Shown in pieces: positions 34,037 through 46,300 of a stretch of 64,000 nucleotides of DNA (within the stretch, counting starts at the first letter, position 1; every line of letters begins with the position of its first letter). The notes beneath the pieces are model-generated. The model saw only the letters and a program-made list of their open reading frames with translations. It ran no database searches and was not told where the DNA came from. Both the position numbers and the translations under genes were made by a program. The stretch is from Heterodontus francisci (taxonomy: Eukaryota). The DNA lies in NCBI RefSeq assembly GCF_036365525.1, contig NC_090414.1:20545846-20609845 (forward strand), read 5' to 3'.

Positions 34037-34289
34037 TGATGTTGGTAGCTCAACGCTTGTCCCAAATGAATAGGCACACATTCTTGTTATCTTGAATGCT
34101 GAGAGGCCCCTCTCCTCTTGCCCCCACTCCCCCCAGACACTTCTGTCCTTCACACTGTTTGTTCAGTGACGCAGCTACTTAGAGGTAAATATCCTCCAGG
34201 CTCCTGCTTTGTCCTTTTCACTGCAGGTGAGACGCTTTTCAAAGTGTCGTTACCATACCTGCTCAAACTGCAGAGGTGCAGAGCAGGAG

Positions 34290-34770
34290 GGAAAACGGGG
34301 GATGTCGAGGCACTGGAGAAGGTGCTTAGGATATTTACAAGGTTATAACCGTCGGGAAAGATTGAACAGGCTGGGGCTCTTTTCTCTAGAAAGAAGAAGG
34401 CTGAGGGGGGGGTGACCTGATAAATTAAGATTATGAAAGGGGCTTTGATGGGGGTCGACGGAGAGAAGGTGTTTCCACTTGCGGGCGAGACCAGAACTCG
34501 GGGCCATCAATATAAGATAGTCAGTCATAAATCCAATCGGGAATTCAGGAGGAACTTCTTTCCCCGGAGAGTGGGGAGAATGTGGAACTCGCTACCACAG
34601 GGAGTGGTCGAGGTGAATAGTATCAATGCATTTAAGGGGGAAGCTGGATAAACACATGAGGGAGAAAGGAATAGAAGATGGAGAGAGGGTGGGAAGAGGC
34701 TCGTGTGGAGCAGAAACACCAGCACGGAGCGGATGGGCTGAATGGCCTGTGTCTGTGCTGGAAATACTAC
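34290..34770 (+). mobile_element. CR1-type LINE 3' fragment
   Basis: Near-duplicate of 32640-33070. Confidence 0.75.
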
Positions 34771-35559
34771 GTTAAGATGCCAAGCTGCAGATTTGAAAGT
34801 GGGTGGGTTGGGGGGTGGGGGGGAAGATGGTGATTCCTGGATTGGAATGTCAGGTGGTCAATGATATAATCGGTTATGTAAGCGCGATGTCATGGAAACA
34901 ATCCAACTGATGCACAAATCACATGTCCTGCCCAGGGGACACGCCCACCGGAAATGATTGACAGTGTGCCTAACCAATCTGGAGCCTGCGTTCCTGCCCC
35001 AGTGGGGTGGGGCGGGCCGGGAGTCAGGGTTGTTGTTACTTGGAAGCTGTCCTCGGTTAAACTCCCTGGGTTATAACTCGAGGAAACTGCCAGGAGAACG
35101 GACACGAGAGAGGGAGGGAGAGAGAGAGAAAGACCATTTCAGATTGCAAACTTCACACTGGCTTCAGAGGGAGGGAGGGAGAGGGAAAGAAAGAACACAA
35201 GTGAGAGGGAGGGGGGAGAGAGAGAGAGAGAGAGAGTACACATGAGAAGTGAAGAGAGAACGCACAAACGAGAGAAAGTGCGTGAGCACAAACAGGGGGA
35301 GAGAACGAGCGAGCATGGGGTGGAGAGAGAGAGATGACAAAACTTTTATTGCTTTTATTGAATCTCCATTTGAAAGTCTTTGACCCCGGCTCTGGGCCCC
35401 CTTGGACCCTCTCTAGGTCAGGGCAGTGCCGCGCAATAAGCAAGAGAACAGTCGGACGATGAGTTCTGTGGCAACCAGGGACTACAGTGTCACTTAATAA
35501 ATCAGCGTTTGGAGACACACAAGACCTGCATTTCCATAGCACCTCTCACAAGCCAATAC

Positions 35560-35820
35560 CCCAAAGTGCTTTCGTCAATTGTGCGCAGCAAGATCCCACA
35601 AACAGCAATGTGATAATGGCTGAGGGATAAATATTGCTCCCAGGACACCGGGGAGAACTCTTCACCACCTCCCCACCCCACTCTTCTTCCAATAGCGGCC
35701 GTGGGATCTTTTACACCCACCCGCGAGGACAGACGGGACCTCGGTTTAACGTCTCATCTGAACGACGGCACTTCCCGACAGTGCAGCACTCCCTCAGTAC
35801 TGACGCTGGGAGTGTCGGCC
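35560..35820 (-). mobile_element. Deu-domain SINE fragment (SacSINE1-like)
   Basis: Reverse complement of the 950-1745 core, with a single copy of the 33-bp unit. Confidence 0.7.
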
Positions 35821-36320
35821 TGCATTAGGAGGCTCAAGACCCTGGAGTGGCTCAGTGATTAAAACACAGCGTGGGGGCAGGACAGCACAGCGAGTAGGAT
35901 ATACAAGGGCTGGTCGGCTGTGACACCGCCCCCCCCCCCATGGCTGAAGAGCCCCGGAATTTCGAAAAGACAGGTGGGCGACAGCTCTTTCTAAATAAAG
36001 AGAGAGTCGTGGGTTTAAAAAAAAAAGACAATTTATTTTAAATAACAACCCCTCTGCTCCCCGCCCGAGTTCCCTTCCAGCGTAACAGAAGGGGTCATGA
36101 GGGGATTACAACAAGATGTCCCACCCCTGCACACAGTCTGCGACGACCTGAGCTCACTGGCCCTGCTCCGGTATATACGCTACTGAATCACAGTTACCGT
36201 TATAAACATTAAACATGTATTTATATTAAAAAAAAAACCCATCAGCCCCTCGAAACATGAGGGATAGGACAGGGGAATACTGCTCATCATTGACAGTCAT
36301 AGGGGAAAGACCAAGTCAGC

Positions 36321-36422
36321 TTAAACCTCATCCTCATTCAGAAGCATATTGGGAATTCCTTTGGTGATGGGGAATTCCCGGCCGGATTCTGGACACTTCA
36401 AGACTCCTTCGACCACTTCAAC
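36321..36422 (-). CDS. TRMT112: TRMT112 exon 4
   Basis: [33 protein letters not shown], the Trm112 C-terminal CPESGR.FPI..GIPNMLL motif; AG acceptor at 36423-36424. Confidence 0.96.
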   Translation of the reverse strand, partial: VEVVEGVLKCPESGREFPITKGIPNMLLNEDEV

Positions 36423-36643
36423 CTGCAAAGCACAGAAGGGAGAATTCTAGTTCTGCGTTTGTCCAGTTTCAAAACAGACGTGCATCGTGTTTTAGTTCAG
36501 CTCCCGGTGGGTGCTGACTCTCTGCATCTCTCCAGTTTACAGATCATATGGAGGCCCGGTGATACCCTGCACGCAGTGACATCTACTCACTGCCGAGGGC
36601 CCCCTTCCCATACACAGGATAACAAGCAGGGGCAATTACAGAG

Positions 36644-36754
36644 CTACACTGTCCCCCATCAAACACTCCCAGGACAGGTACAGCACAGGGGTTAGATACA
36701 GAGTAAAGTTCCCTCTACACTATCCCATCAAACACTCCCAGGACAGGTACAGCA
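36644..36754 (+). repeat. 70-bp minisatellite, array C, left part
   Basis: ctacactgtcccccatcaaacactcccaggacaggtacagcacaggggttagatac...ggtacagca directly before E4. Confidence 0.93.
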
Positions 36755-37489
36755 TGGGGATTGGCTGGGCAATTTGGAGCACTTCCTGCCAGCAATCAGG
36801 GGGAGCAGCTGCACCTGTGTTGCAGCAATTGCAGAGTGGAGACTGCAGCAACTGGGGAGAGGAGAGTGGAATAACTGCAAAGAGGTGACTATAGAGTGGA
36901 GACAGCTGCATTTGCTGAGGAACTGTTGCACTTTTTCAACGATTAAGAAGACCTGCAAGTCATTTTGGAGAGGTGGGTGTTGGAGCACCAGAGAACTGTT
37001 GGTTGTTTGGACTGTTGGGGGAGGGAGGAGGCACTGGAAGATCCAGGGGTGGGGCTGCCAAATTCTATAGGGAGCCCTTGTATTTGGTCTTGTGTTTATC
37101 TGCCATTCCTGCACAAAAGGGGCTCCCTCCCCACCCCCAACTGTGTGGCTCGGGACGGCTGGAGCTGCCCGGCTGAAGAAAATCCTTAAACAACAACAGA
37201 AAAGGGAGAGAACCGGGCGGCTCTAACCAACCCGGGCGAAGAACCCTCCCCTAACTGGAAGAGTGGAGTGTCGACTCTGCAGGAAGGTGCTCCAACCACC
37301 AATTGAAGTGTAACATCCTTGCAGCTGTTCTCTCTCTTCCATCACTCGGCCACCTATCCTCTCCTCTCCTTGTCCTTTTCAGCCCTATCCTCCTCTATTC
37401 CCATCCCCCGCTCCCCCATCATATTGTTTGTGTTTAAGAAAACTGTCGTGTGCTTTGTTTCTTGGGGGTGGGCGTAGCTCTGCGACCCC

Positions 37490-39410
37490 ATGGCAAGCCC
37501 CTCTTCGCCGGTGGCGGGGCCTTCCCGTTCATATGCTGCTGCGGCTGCTGCAGCTGCACCTGTTGCCCCGTCACCGTTTGCTTTATTAACATCGAAGCAT
37601 GGAGTCAAGAGCTACGTCCACCCGAACATGACTATCGAGGCATGCGTGAAAGCAATGGCCGAGGTTGTCGGCCCTTCGGCCATTGTTGCAGCCTCTAAAA
37701 TGTACGGGAAGGCAGTGTTTTTCCTGAAGACCGAGCGGGTGGTGTCCCTGGCTCTGAGCAAGGGGCTCACCGTGGGCGGGACCTTTCTGCCAGTGGACCC
37801 CCTGGAGGCCACTGTGCAAAGGCTCATTCTATCCAATGTCCCGCCCTTAATTCCTGGTGAGCTCCTCCTTCCCCACCTGCACCATCTGGGGGAGGGAAAG
37901 ACGGGGCTCACCCCAGTCCCGCTCGGTCTTCGGGAGAACAGCCTCCGACACGTGTACTCCTTCCGCCGCCAGTTATTCATGCAGCTGGCGCGGGAGGAGG
38001 TGACAGAGGGCCACTTTTATGTAGAATTCCAGGGGACGGCCTACCGCGTCTTCTGGACCTTGGACGGGGTGCGGTGCCATGTCTGTAAGGGGGTGGGGCA
38101 TGTTCGTAAGAACTGCCCCAACCTCCCGGCTGCCAACACCAACTCGGCGGCCCGGGGTGGCGACGCTGCACCTCCTCCCACCCCCCCTACACCACCACCA
38201 GATACCATTCAGTCGGTACCGGAGGCTGTGGTTTTCACGGCCTCCGGCAGGGAGGGGGGTGACCGTCCAAGTGGAAGGAAGGCGCAGAGGAGAAATAAAC
38301 ATCGAGAGGCGCGTCCCCTAGACACCGTGACACTACCCGAGCCTGAGCTCAGCCCAAGGCCCGATCTCGGGAAGTCAACTTGCCCAGGGCTGGGCTCAGG
38401 CCCAGGGTGAATTAAAAAAAAGGAGAGTGTGGAGGTGGAGGTCTCTGATGATATGGAGGTCTCTGAGCCTCCGCACACAACTGGGAAAAAGAGGAGAAGG
38501 CACCCCTCCACAGAGGGAACAAGGGGCCCTGAGGCGCAGGGCCCATCTGTTGGAGGGGAGCTGTCTCCTGTTTCGGGTCCCCAGGTTTCCCCGACCGCCA
38601 CCACCAAGGCTGCAAAGTCCGGGCAGGAGCTCCCTATTCCTCAGGATGGAGGGGAGGGGAAGGCCCCGGTACTTGAGGCCCCTCCTGAAGGAGTAAGTGG
38701 GGCCCTGCTTGTGGTGGGGGAGCCTGGGGACGCCGTCCATTCTGCCACTGCTACTGGGTCGGGTGCCCTGAATGAAGGGGAGGGCGAGGCCCCAGAGGGT
38801 CGGGCCTCCCAGCCGGAGTCCACCACCAACCAGGAGACACCCGACCCAGTTATAACTGAGAATGCTGCCCCATCTGCTGGGCCTGTGGGTGCTGGCGGAG
38901 CGGGAGATAGCCTCCTCCCTCCGCCTCCAGTCTCGGCTCCGGCTGGTTTCCCGGAGTCTGGAACTTCTGTCTCCCCTGGACCAGTCATTGGCCTGGGGAC
39001 GGAGGTGGAGGGGGGTCCTGAACCGCTGGTGCCTACAGGCTCCAGTTTCACAATAGAACCCAGAGAGGACTCCTCCGCCATCGATCCTGGGGGTGGGATC
39101 GTGACGGAGGCGGGACCAGCTGGCGCGGCCGGGACATCCGCCCCACAGTGTGTGGTAGATGTGTCGGCCGCTGGCGGTGACGACCCGGAGGAGGATGGGG
39201 ATTCGGTGCGGGGCACGGAGGATGATCTTGATTCCATCGCCAGTGAGGTGGTGGAGTCCCTCGTGCCTCACACCGAATCTCCTCATCCCCACGGCGGAAC
39301 TCCGGGATTTCCTCGCGGCTTGCAGAGGTTGCCGCAATAAAGTTCAGCTGGCCCTCGACCGTTGGTCGAATCTGGCGCTGATCATACAGTCCGTCCGTGC
39401 CGCCACAGTG
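37490..39410 (+). pseudogene. Tx1 ORF1 of E4 (frameshifts near 38410 and 39270, C-terminal deletion)
   Basis: MASPSSPVAGP...CHVCKGVGHVRKNC; collinear with E3 ORF1. Confidence 0.88.
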
Positions 39411-39443
39411 AGGTGTTTGTGACGGGTTTTAATTACCTTTGAC

Positions 39444-42400
39444 ATGAAGATAACCATAGCCAGCCTCAACGTCAACGGCAGCAGAGGGGCTCACCGCAGA
39501 TATCACAATCTCTCAGTCCTTAGGGAAGGGAGATACGCGGTGAGCTTTCTGCAGGAAACCCACACCGTTCCGGGAGACGAAGCCACCTGGCTCCTGGAGT
39601 GGCAGGGTGGGGTCTACATGAGTCACCTCACCCCTATTTCTAGTGGGGTGGCTATCTTGTTGGCCCCGTCTTTTCAGCCGGAGATCTTGGGGGTCAAGGA
39701 GCTAGTGCCGGGCCGCTTGCTCCACCTCGCCGTTCGTCTGGGTAGCGTGCCGCTCCACTTTGTGAACGTGTACGCGCCCAGGCCCGGCGCGTTGCAAGCG
39801 CGCTTCTTTGAAGAAGTGTCCGCTCTCTTGAGCTCCATCGATAGCGGCGAGTGCATCATCCTCGGGGGGGATTTTAACTGCACCCTCGGGGTGGGGGATT
39901 GCTCCGGTCCCCAGCGCGGCCAAGCGTCGGTGGAGAAGTTGAGGGGACTGATCAGCTCCCTTAACTTGGTGGACGTCTGGCGGAATCTCCATCCCGACTC
40001 CAGTGCCTTCACGTGGAGGTCTGGAGGAGGGGGGTCGCGAATCGACTGCCTCTACATTTCGCAGGCGTACGTCTCCCGCGTTTCGGCGGCCTCCATGCGG
40101 CTGGTGCCGTGCTCGGACCACCGCCTGGTGTGGGCGGAGTTTACTTCGCTCCGCACGCGGGCGGGGTCCGCGTACTGGCACTTTAACAACCGGCTGCTGG
40201 AGGACGTGCGATTTCGGGACTCGTTCTGTCGATTCTGGGCCGACTGGAGAAGGAAGCAGGGGGGCTTCCCCTCCTTGAGGCTATGGTGGGATGTGGGCAA
40301 GACTCACATCCGCGTCTTCTGTCAGGAGTACGCGAAGGGGTCGACCAAGAGGCGGGAAGCCGAGATCGGGCGCCTTGAGAGGGAGGTGCTCGACTTGGAG
40401 TCCCGCCTCGGTCATGCCGTCGCGGACCCGGCCCTGTGGCAGGCGTACAAAGAGAAGGGCGCGCTGAGGGACCTGCAGCTCATAGGGTCCCGAGGCGCGT
40501 ACGTGAGGTCGCGGATCCAGATCCTGGAAGATTTGGACCGCGCCTCACCCTTCTTCTACTCGCTGGAAAAATGGCGGGGGGTCCGTAAGCAGCTCATCGA
40601 GCTGCTGGCCGACGACGGATCCTCCATCACGGATCTGGAGGGAATGGGCGTCCTGGTCCGGACTTATTACAGTGTGTTGTTCTCTCCGGATCCGTCCAGT
40701 GAGGATGCGCGCAGAGTTTTGTGGGAGGACCTGCCGCAGGTCAGCCCGGAGGGCGCCGAAGGATTGGAGGCTCCGCTCTCGAGGGGCAAATCCCCAGGGC
40801 TGGATGGGTTGACCGTGGAGTTCCTCAGGGCGTTCTGGGACGTCCTGGGGGACGATTACGCGCGGGTCCTGGGGGAAAGCCTGGCGACCGGGGAGATGCC
40901 CCTCTCGTGGCGCAGGGCGGTCATTGTCCTGCTGCCGAAGAGGGACAATCTCCGCCTGCTTAAAAACTGGCGTCCGGTCTCCCTCCTCAGCACGGATTAT
41001 AAGATCTTTGCCCGGGCTATGTCTACCCGCCTGGGCTCCGTGCTGGCCCACATGATCCACCCCGACCAGTCCTACACGGTCCCGGGCCGGTCCATCCAGG
41101 ACAACATCCACCTGGTCCGGGACCTGATCCATCTTTCCCAGAGGACTGGTCAATCGGTCGCCTTTCTCTCCCTCGATCAGGAGAAGGCGTTCGACAGGGT
41201 GGATCACGATTACCTTTTCGGGACTCTGCGCGCTTTCGGAATCGGGCCACATTTTGTGGCCCGGGTCCGACTTTTATACGCCGCCGCAGAGTGTCTAGTC
41301 AAAGTTAATGGGTCCTTGACGGCGCCCCTTCGATTTGGGAGAGGAGTGCGTCAGGGGTGCCCCATGTCCGGCCAATTGTATACCATCTGCGTGGAGCCCT
41401 TCCTGTGCCTGCTTCGCAGGAGGTTGACGGGATTGGCTCTGCGCGAGCCGGCCATGCGGGTCGTCCTCTCAGCTTACGCCGACGACGTGCTCCTCGCAAT
41501 CACAGATCCCGTTGACTTGCGGAGGATGCGCGACTGCCAGCAGACCTTTTCTGCCGCGTCCTCCGCGAGGATCAATTGGGAGAAATGTTCCGGACTCCTT
41601 GTTGGTCAGTGGCGGGTGGACTCCCTGCCGGAGGAGATGACACCTTTTGCGTGGAGCACCACGCACCTCCTCTATCTGGGAGTCCACCTTAGCCCCGCTG
41701 AGGAAGCCTGGCCGGCAAACTGGCAGGAGTTGGAGGCGAAAGTCACCGCTCGGCTGGGGCACTGGACAGGACTGACCGAGTGCTTTGCTACAGGGGCCGA
41801 GCGTTGGTCATAAACCAACTGGTGGCCTCCATGCTGTGGTACCGGTTGGTCACTTTGGCCCCGCCCCCTGTATTTGCCACCAAGATCCAGAAGAAACTCG
41901 TCGATTTCTTCTGGGGCAAGAGGAAACACTGGGTCTCTGCCGCGGTCCTGAGTCTCCCGATCGAGGAGGGCGGTCAGTCGCTGGTGTGCGTCCGCACCCA
42001 GGCTGTGACTCTCCGCCTTCGGACCCTGCAGAGATACCTGTACGTCGAGCGTCCTCCCAGATGGTGTGCGCTGGCGACGTATTTTTTCCGCCAGTGTCAC
42101 TGCCTTCAAGACGACACGCAGCTCCCGGTGGAGTCCGTTAGCCGCGCCTCTCTGAGGGAGTTGCCTGTCTTTTACCGGGATCTTTTCCGAGTCTGGAACA
42201 TGGTCGCCTCCAGTCAGGGCACTCCCCCGCTGGCGGAGGAGAGCGCCTCGGCTGTCCGGGCGGCCGACTCCGGGGACGGTCCGGCGGGCGGAGGAGTAGC
42301 CGAAACCCCCGGGACACCCCTCACTGCGGGTGGCGAGAGGGCTCGGGAGTGCGGAGCGATCCCGGCCGAGCTGACCCCCGCTCGGCCGGAACTGCTAATC

Positions 42401-43135
42401 GGACCCAGGCCCCGAAACCCTCCTCGGGAGCCGGTCCCGCACAACCCGAGCCGCCTCTCGGAAATGCCCTCCGTGCCATTCCAATCGGCGCGGAGGGGTT
42501 TCCTGTACGGGCTGCTCCTGCACACTCTCCACTTCCTCGCCCTCGTCAGCCGGCCGGACACGCCCTGGCGGTCCGCCTTGCCATCTGGTGGCGAGGGGAA
42601 ACCCCGATGGAGGTCTCTCTGCGCGGGAGTCTTCCCCCTTTACATCGGGGACCTGGGGTGGAGGGTGCTGCACAGAGCAGTCCCGTGCAATAGGCTTTTA
42701 AGTAGGTTCACGGACTCCCAGGCCACCTGTACTTTCTGCGGCCTGGACGCGTTCCACATTTATATGGAGTGTGCGAGGTTGCAGCCCCTATTTGAGTATC
42801 TGAAGGGGCTGCTCCTCAAATTCTGGCTGCACTTCAGTCCCACGCTCCTGATCTTTGGGCACCCGGTGCGGAGGGGCTCGGGCCGGGAGGAGGATCTCCT
42901 CGTTGGTCTGCTCCTGGGCCTGGCCAAGGTGGCAATTCACAGGTCCAGGTTGCGGGCCGTCAGGGGGTCCGTCCTCCCCGATTGCCTGACCCTCTTCCGC
43001 GGTTACGTTCGCGCCCGGGTGTCCCTGGAAAAGGAGCATGCGGTGTCCGCTGGTACGCTTGAGGCCTTCCGCGACCGGTGGGCACCGCAGGGACTGGAGT
43101 GCATCGTCGACGCCGAGAATGGCATTTTAATTTGA
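39444..43135 (+). pseudogene. Tx1 ORF2 of E4 (APE-RT-ZnF): 789-aa and 451-aa ORFs split by one frameshift
   Basis: APE and RT motifs including YADD are present; 36-bp in-frame deletion near 40778. Confidence 0.93.
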
Positions 43136-43277
43136 GTTTTTTGTTTATTTCTCTGTTTTTAATAAAGTTATTTTAAAAATATAAGTGTGTATATAAAGGG
43201 GGCCTGAGGAATAAAGGCCCCCTCGACATAAAATATATAAAAGGGGCCTGGGGTATAAAGGCCACCTAAAAAAAAAA

Positions 43278-43309
43278 CGGGGGTTAGATACAGAGTAAAG
43301 CTCCATCTA
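43278..43309 (+). repeat. 70-bp minisatellite, array C, right part
   Basis: cgggggttagatacagagtaaagctccatcta. Confidence 0.88.
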
Positions 43310-43343
43310 AGAGCGAAGGTGTAAAAAAAAACGAAAAAAAAAC

Positions 43344-46300
43344 AGGATTGTCTGGGCAATTTGGAGCACTTCCTGTGTGCGATTAGTCGAAACAGCTGCA
43401 CCTGAGTAGGCTGTGGGAGCTGCAACTGGAGAGGAGACAGCAGACTGGAGAGAGCTGCATTTCCAACTTTAACTGTGGAACTGTTGTGCTTTATTCAAGG
43501 ACAAAAGTGACCTGCAAGTCATTTAGGAGAGGTGGGTGTTGCAGCAACGGAAAAAAAAACAGAGAACTGTTTGTTGTTCGACTGTTGGGGGAGGGAGGAG
43601 GCACCGGAAGATCCAGGGGTGGGGCTGCCAAATTCTATAGGGAGCCCTTGTATTTGGTCTTGTGTTTATCTGCCATCCTGCACAAAAGGGGCTCCCTCCC
43701 CACCCCCAACTGTGTGGCTCGGGACAGCTGGAGCTGCCCGACTGAAGAAAGTCCTTATACAACAGCAGGAAAAGGAGAGAACTGGGCGGCTCTAGCTGAC
43801 CCGGGCGAAGAGCCCTCCCCTAACTGTTAGACTGAACTGTAGACTCTGCAGGAAGGTGCTCCAACCACCAAGTGAACTGTAACATCCTCGCAGCTGTTCT
43901 CTCCCTTCCATCACTCTGCCACCTATCCTCTCCTCGTCCTTTTCAGCCCTATCCTCCTCGACTTCCATCCTTCCACCCCATCATATTGCTTGTGTTTAAA
44001 AGTAAACTGTTGTGTGCTTTGTTTCTTGGGGTTGGGCGTGACTCTTCGACCCCACGGCAAGCCCCTCTTCACCGGTGGCGGGGCCTTCCCGTTCATATGC
44101 TGCTGCAGCTGCACCTGTTACCCTGTCACCGTTTGCACTGATAACATCGAAGCATGGGGTCAAGAGCGACGTCCACCCAAACATGTCAATAGAGGTATGC
44201 GTAAAGGCAGTGGCCGAGGTTGTTGGACTTTCGGCAATTGTTGCTGCCTCAAAAATGTACGGGAAGGCAGTGTTTTTCCTGAAGACCGAGCGGGCGGTGT
44301 CCCTGGCTCTGAGCAAGGGGCTCACCGTGGGCGGGACCTTTCTGCCAGTGGGCCTCCTGGAGGCCACTGCGCAAAGGCTCATTCTATCCAATGTCCCGCC
44401 CTTCATTCCTGGTGAGCTGCTCCTTCCCCACCTGCACCATCTGGGGGAGGTAAAGACGGGGCTCACCCCAGTCCCGCTCGGTCTTCGGGAGAACAGCCTC
44501 CGACACGTGTACTCCTTCCACCGCCAGTTATTTATGCAGCTGGCGCGGGAGGAGATCACAGAAAGCCACTTCAATGTGGAGCCCCACGGATGGCCTACCG
44601 TGTCTTCTGGACCTTGGACGGGACGCGGTGCCATGTCTGCAAGGGGGTGGGGCATGTTTGTAAGAACTGCCCCAACCTCCCGGCCGCCAACTCCACCTTG
44701 GTGGCCCAGGGTGGCGCCTCCTCCCACTCCCCCTACACCTCCACCAGATACCGTTCAGTCGGTGCCAGAGGCTGTAGTTTTCACAGCCTCTGGTGGGGAG
44801 GAGGGTGCCCGTCCAAGTGAAAGGAAGGCGCGGAGGAAGAATAGACATCGAGAGGCGTGTCCCCTGGACACCGTGGCACAACCTGAGCCTGAGCTCAACC
44901 CTAGGCCCACTCCTGGGTCTCCACCTGCCCCAGGGCTGGGCTCAGGCCCAGGATAACTAAAAAAAAAAGGAGGGTGCGGTGGGAGAGACCCCTGATGACA
45001 TGGAGGTCTCTGCCTCTCTGTGCCCTAATGGGAAAAAGAGGAGAAGGCACCCCTCCATGGAGGTAACTCAGGGCCCTGTGATGCAGGGCCCGTCTGTTGG
45101 AGGGGAGCTGTCTTCTGGTTCAGGTCCCCAGGTTCCCCCTGCCACCACCAACATCAAGGCTGCAAGGTCTGGGCAGAAGCTCCCTATTCCTCAGGATGGA
45201 AGGGATGGGGAGGCCCCTGTACATGCAGCCCTTCCTGTGGGAGCAAGTGGAGCCCTGCTTGTGGTGGTGGAGCCTGGGGACATCTCCCATTCTGCCACTG
45301 GGTCGGGTGCCCTGGGTGGAGGGGAGGGCGAGTCCCCAAAGGGTCGGCCCTCCCAGCCAAAATCCACCACCAACCAGGAAACACCCGACCCGGTTATAAT
45401 TGAAAGTTTTGCCCCATCTGCTGGGCCTGTGGGCGCTGGCGGGGCAGGAGATAGCCTCCTCTCTCCGCCACCAGTCCCGGCTCCGGCTGGATTTCCGGAG
45501 TCGGGCACTTCCATCTCCCCTGGACCGCTCATTGGCCTGGGGATGGAGGTGGAGGGGGGTCCAGAACCGCTGGCGCCCAAAGGCTCCAGTTCCATTCTCG
45601 ACCCAGAGAGGACTCCTCCGCCATCGATCTTCGGGGTGGGATCGTGACGGAGGCGGGACCAGCTGGCACGGCCGTGACGTCTGCCCCACAGTGTGTAGTG
45701 GGTGTGTCGGCCGCTGGCGGTGACGACCCGGAGGAGGATGGGGATTTGGTGGGGGGAACGGAGGATGACCTTGATTCCATTGCCAGTGAGGTGGTGGAGT
45801 CCCTTGCGCCTCCCACAGAGTCTCCTCGCATCCCCACGGCGGAACTTCGGGATTTCCTCGCGGCTTGCACGGGTTGCCCCAATAAAGTTCAGCTGGCCCT
45901 CGACCGTTGGTCGAATCTGCCACTGATCATTCAGTCTGTCTGTGCCACCCGCAAGAAAGCGGGCAAGGGCGCGGACATGAAACTGGTTGAGAGGCGCAGA
46001 TTTAATGCGTTCCTCAATGGGTTGCTGGGGGAGTGGAAGGCCAGGTGCACTTCCACTCCCTCCTCACAGTGAGCTGTTGGTGACGGGTTTTAAGTACCTT
46101 TGACATGAAGATAACCATAGCCAGCCTCAACATCAACGGCAGCAGAGGGGCTCACCGCAGATTTCACAATCTCTCAGTCCTTAGGGAAGGGAGATACGCG
46201 GTGAGCTTTCTGCAGGAAACCCACACCGTTCCGGGAGACGAAGCCACCTGGCTCCTGGAGTGGCAGGGTGGGGTCTACATGAGTCACCTCACCCCTATTT

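Larger units (their letters stand above)
36755..43277 (+). mobile_element. Full-length Tx1 copy E4 (few lesions), antisense in TRMT112 intron 3
   Basis: 5' end tggggattggctgggc; ORF1 37490-39410 disrupted; ORF2 39444-43135 with one frameshift near 41775; poly(A) followed by cgggggttagatacagag. Confidence 0.95.
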
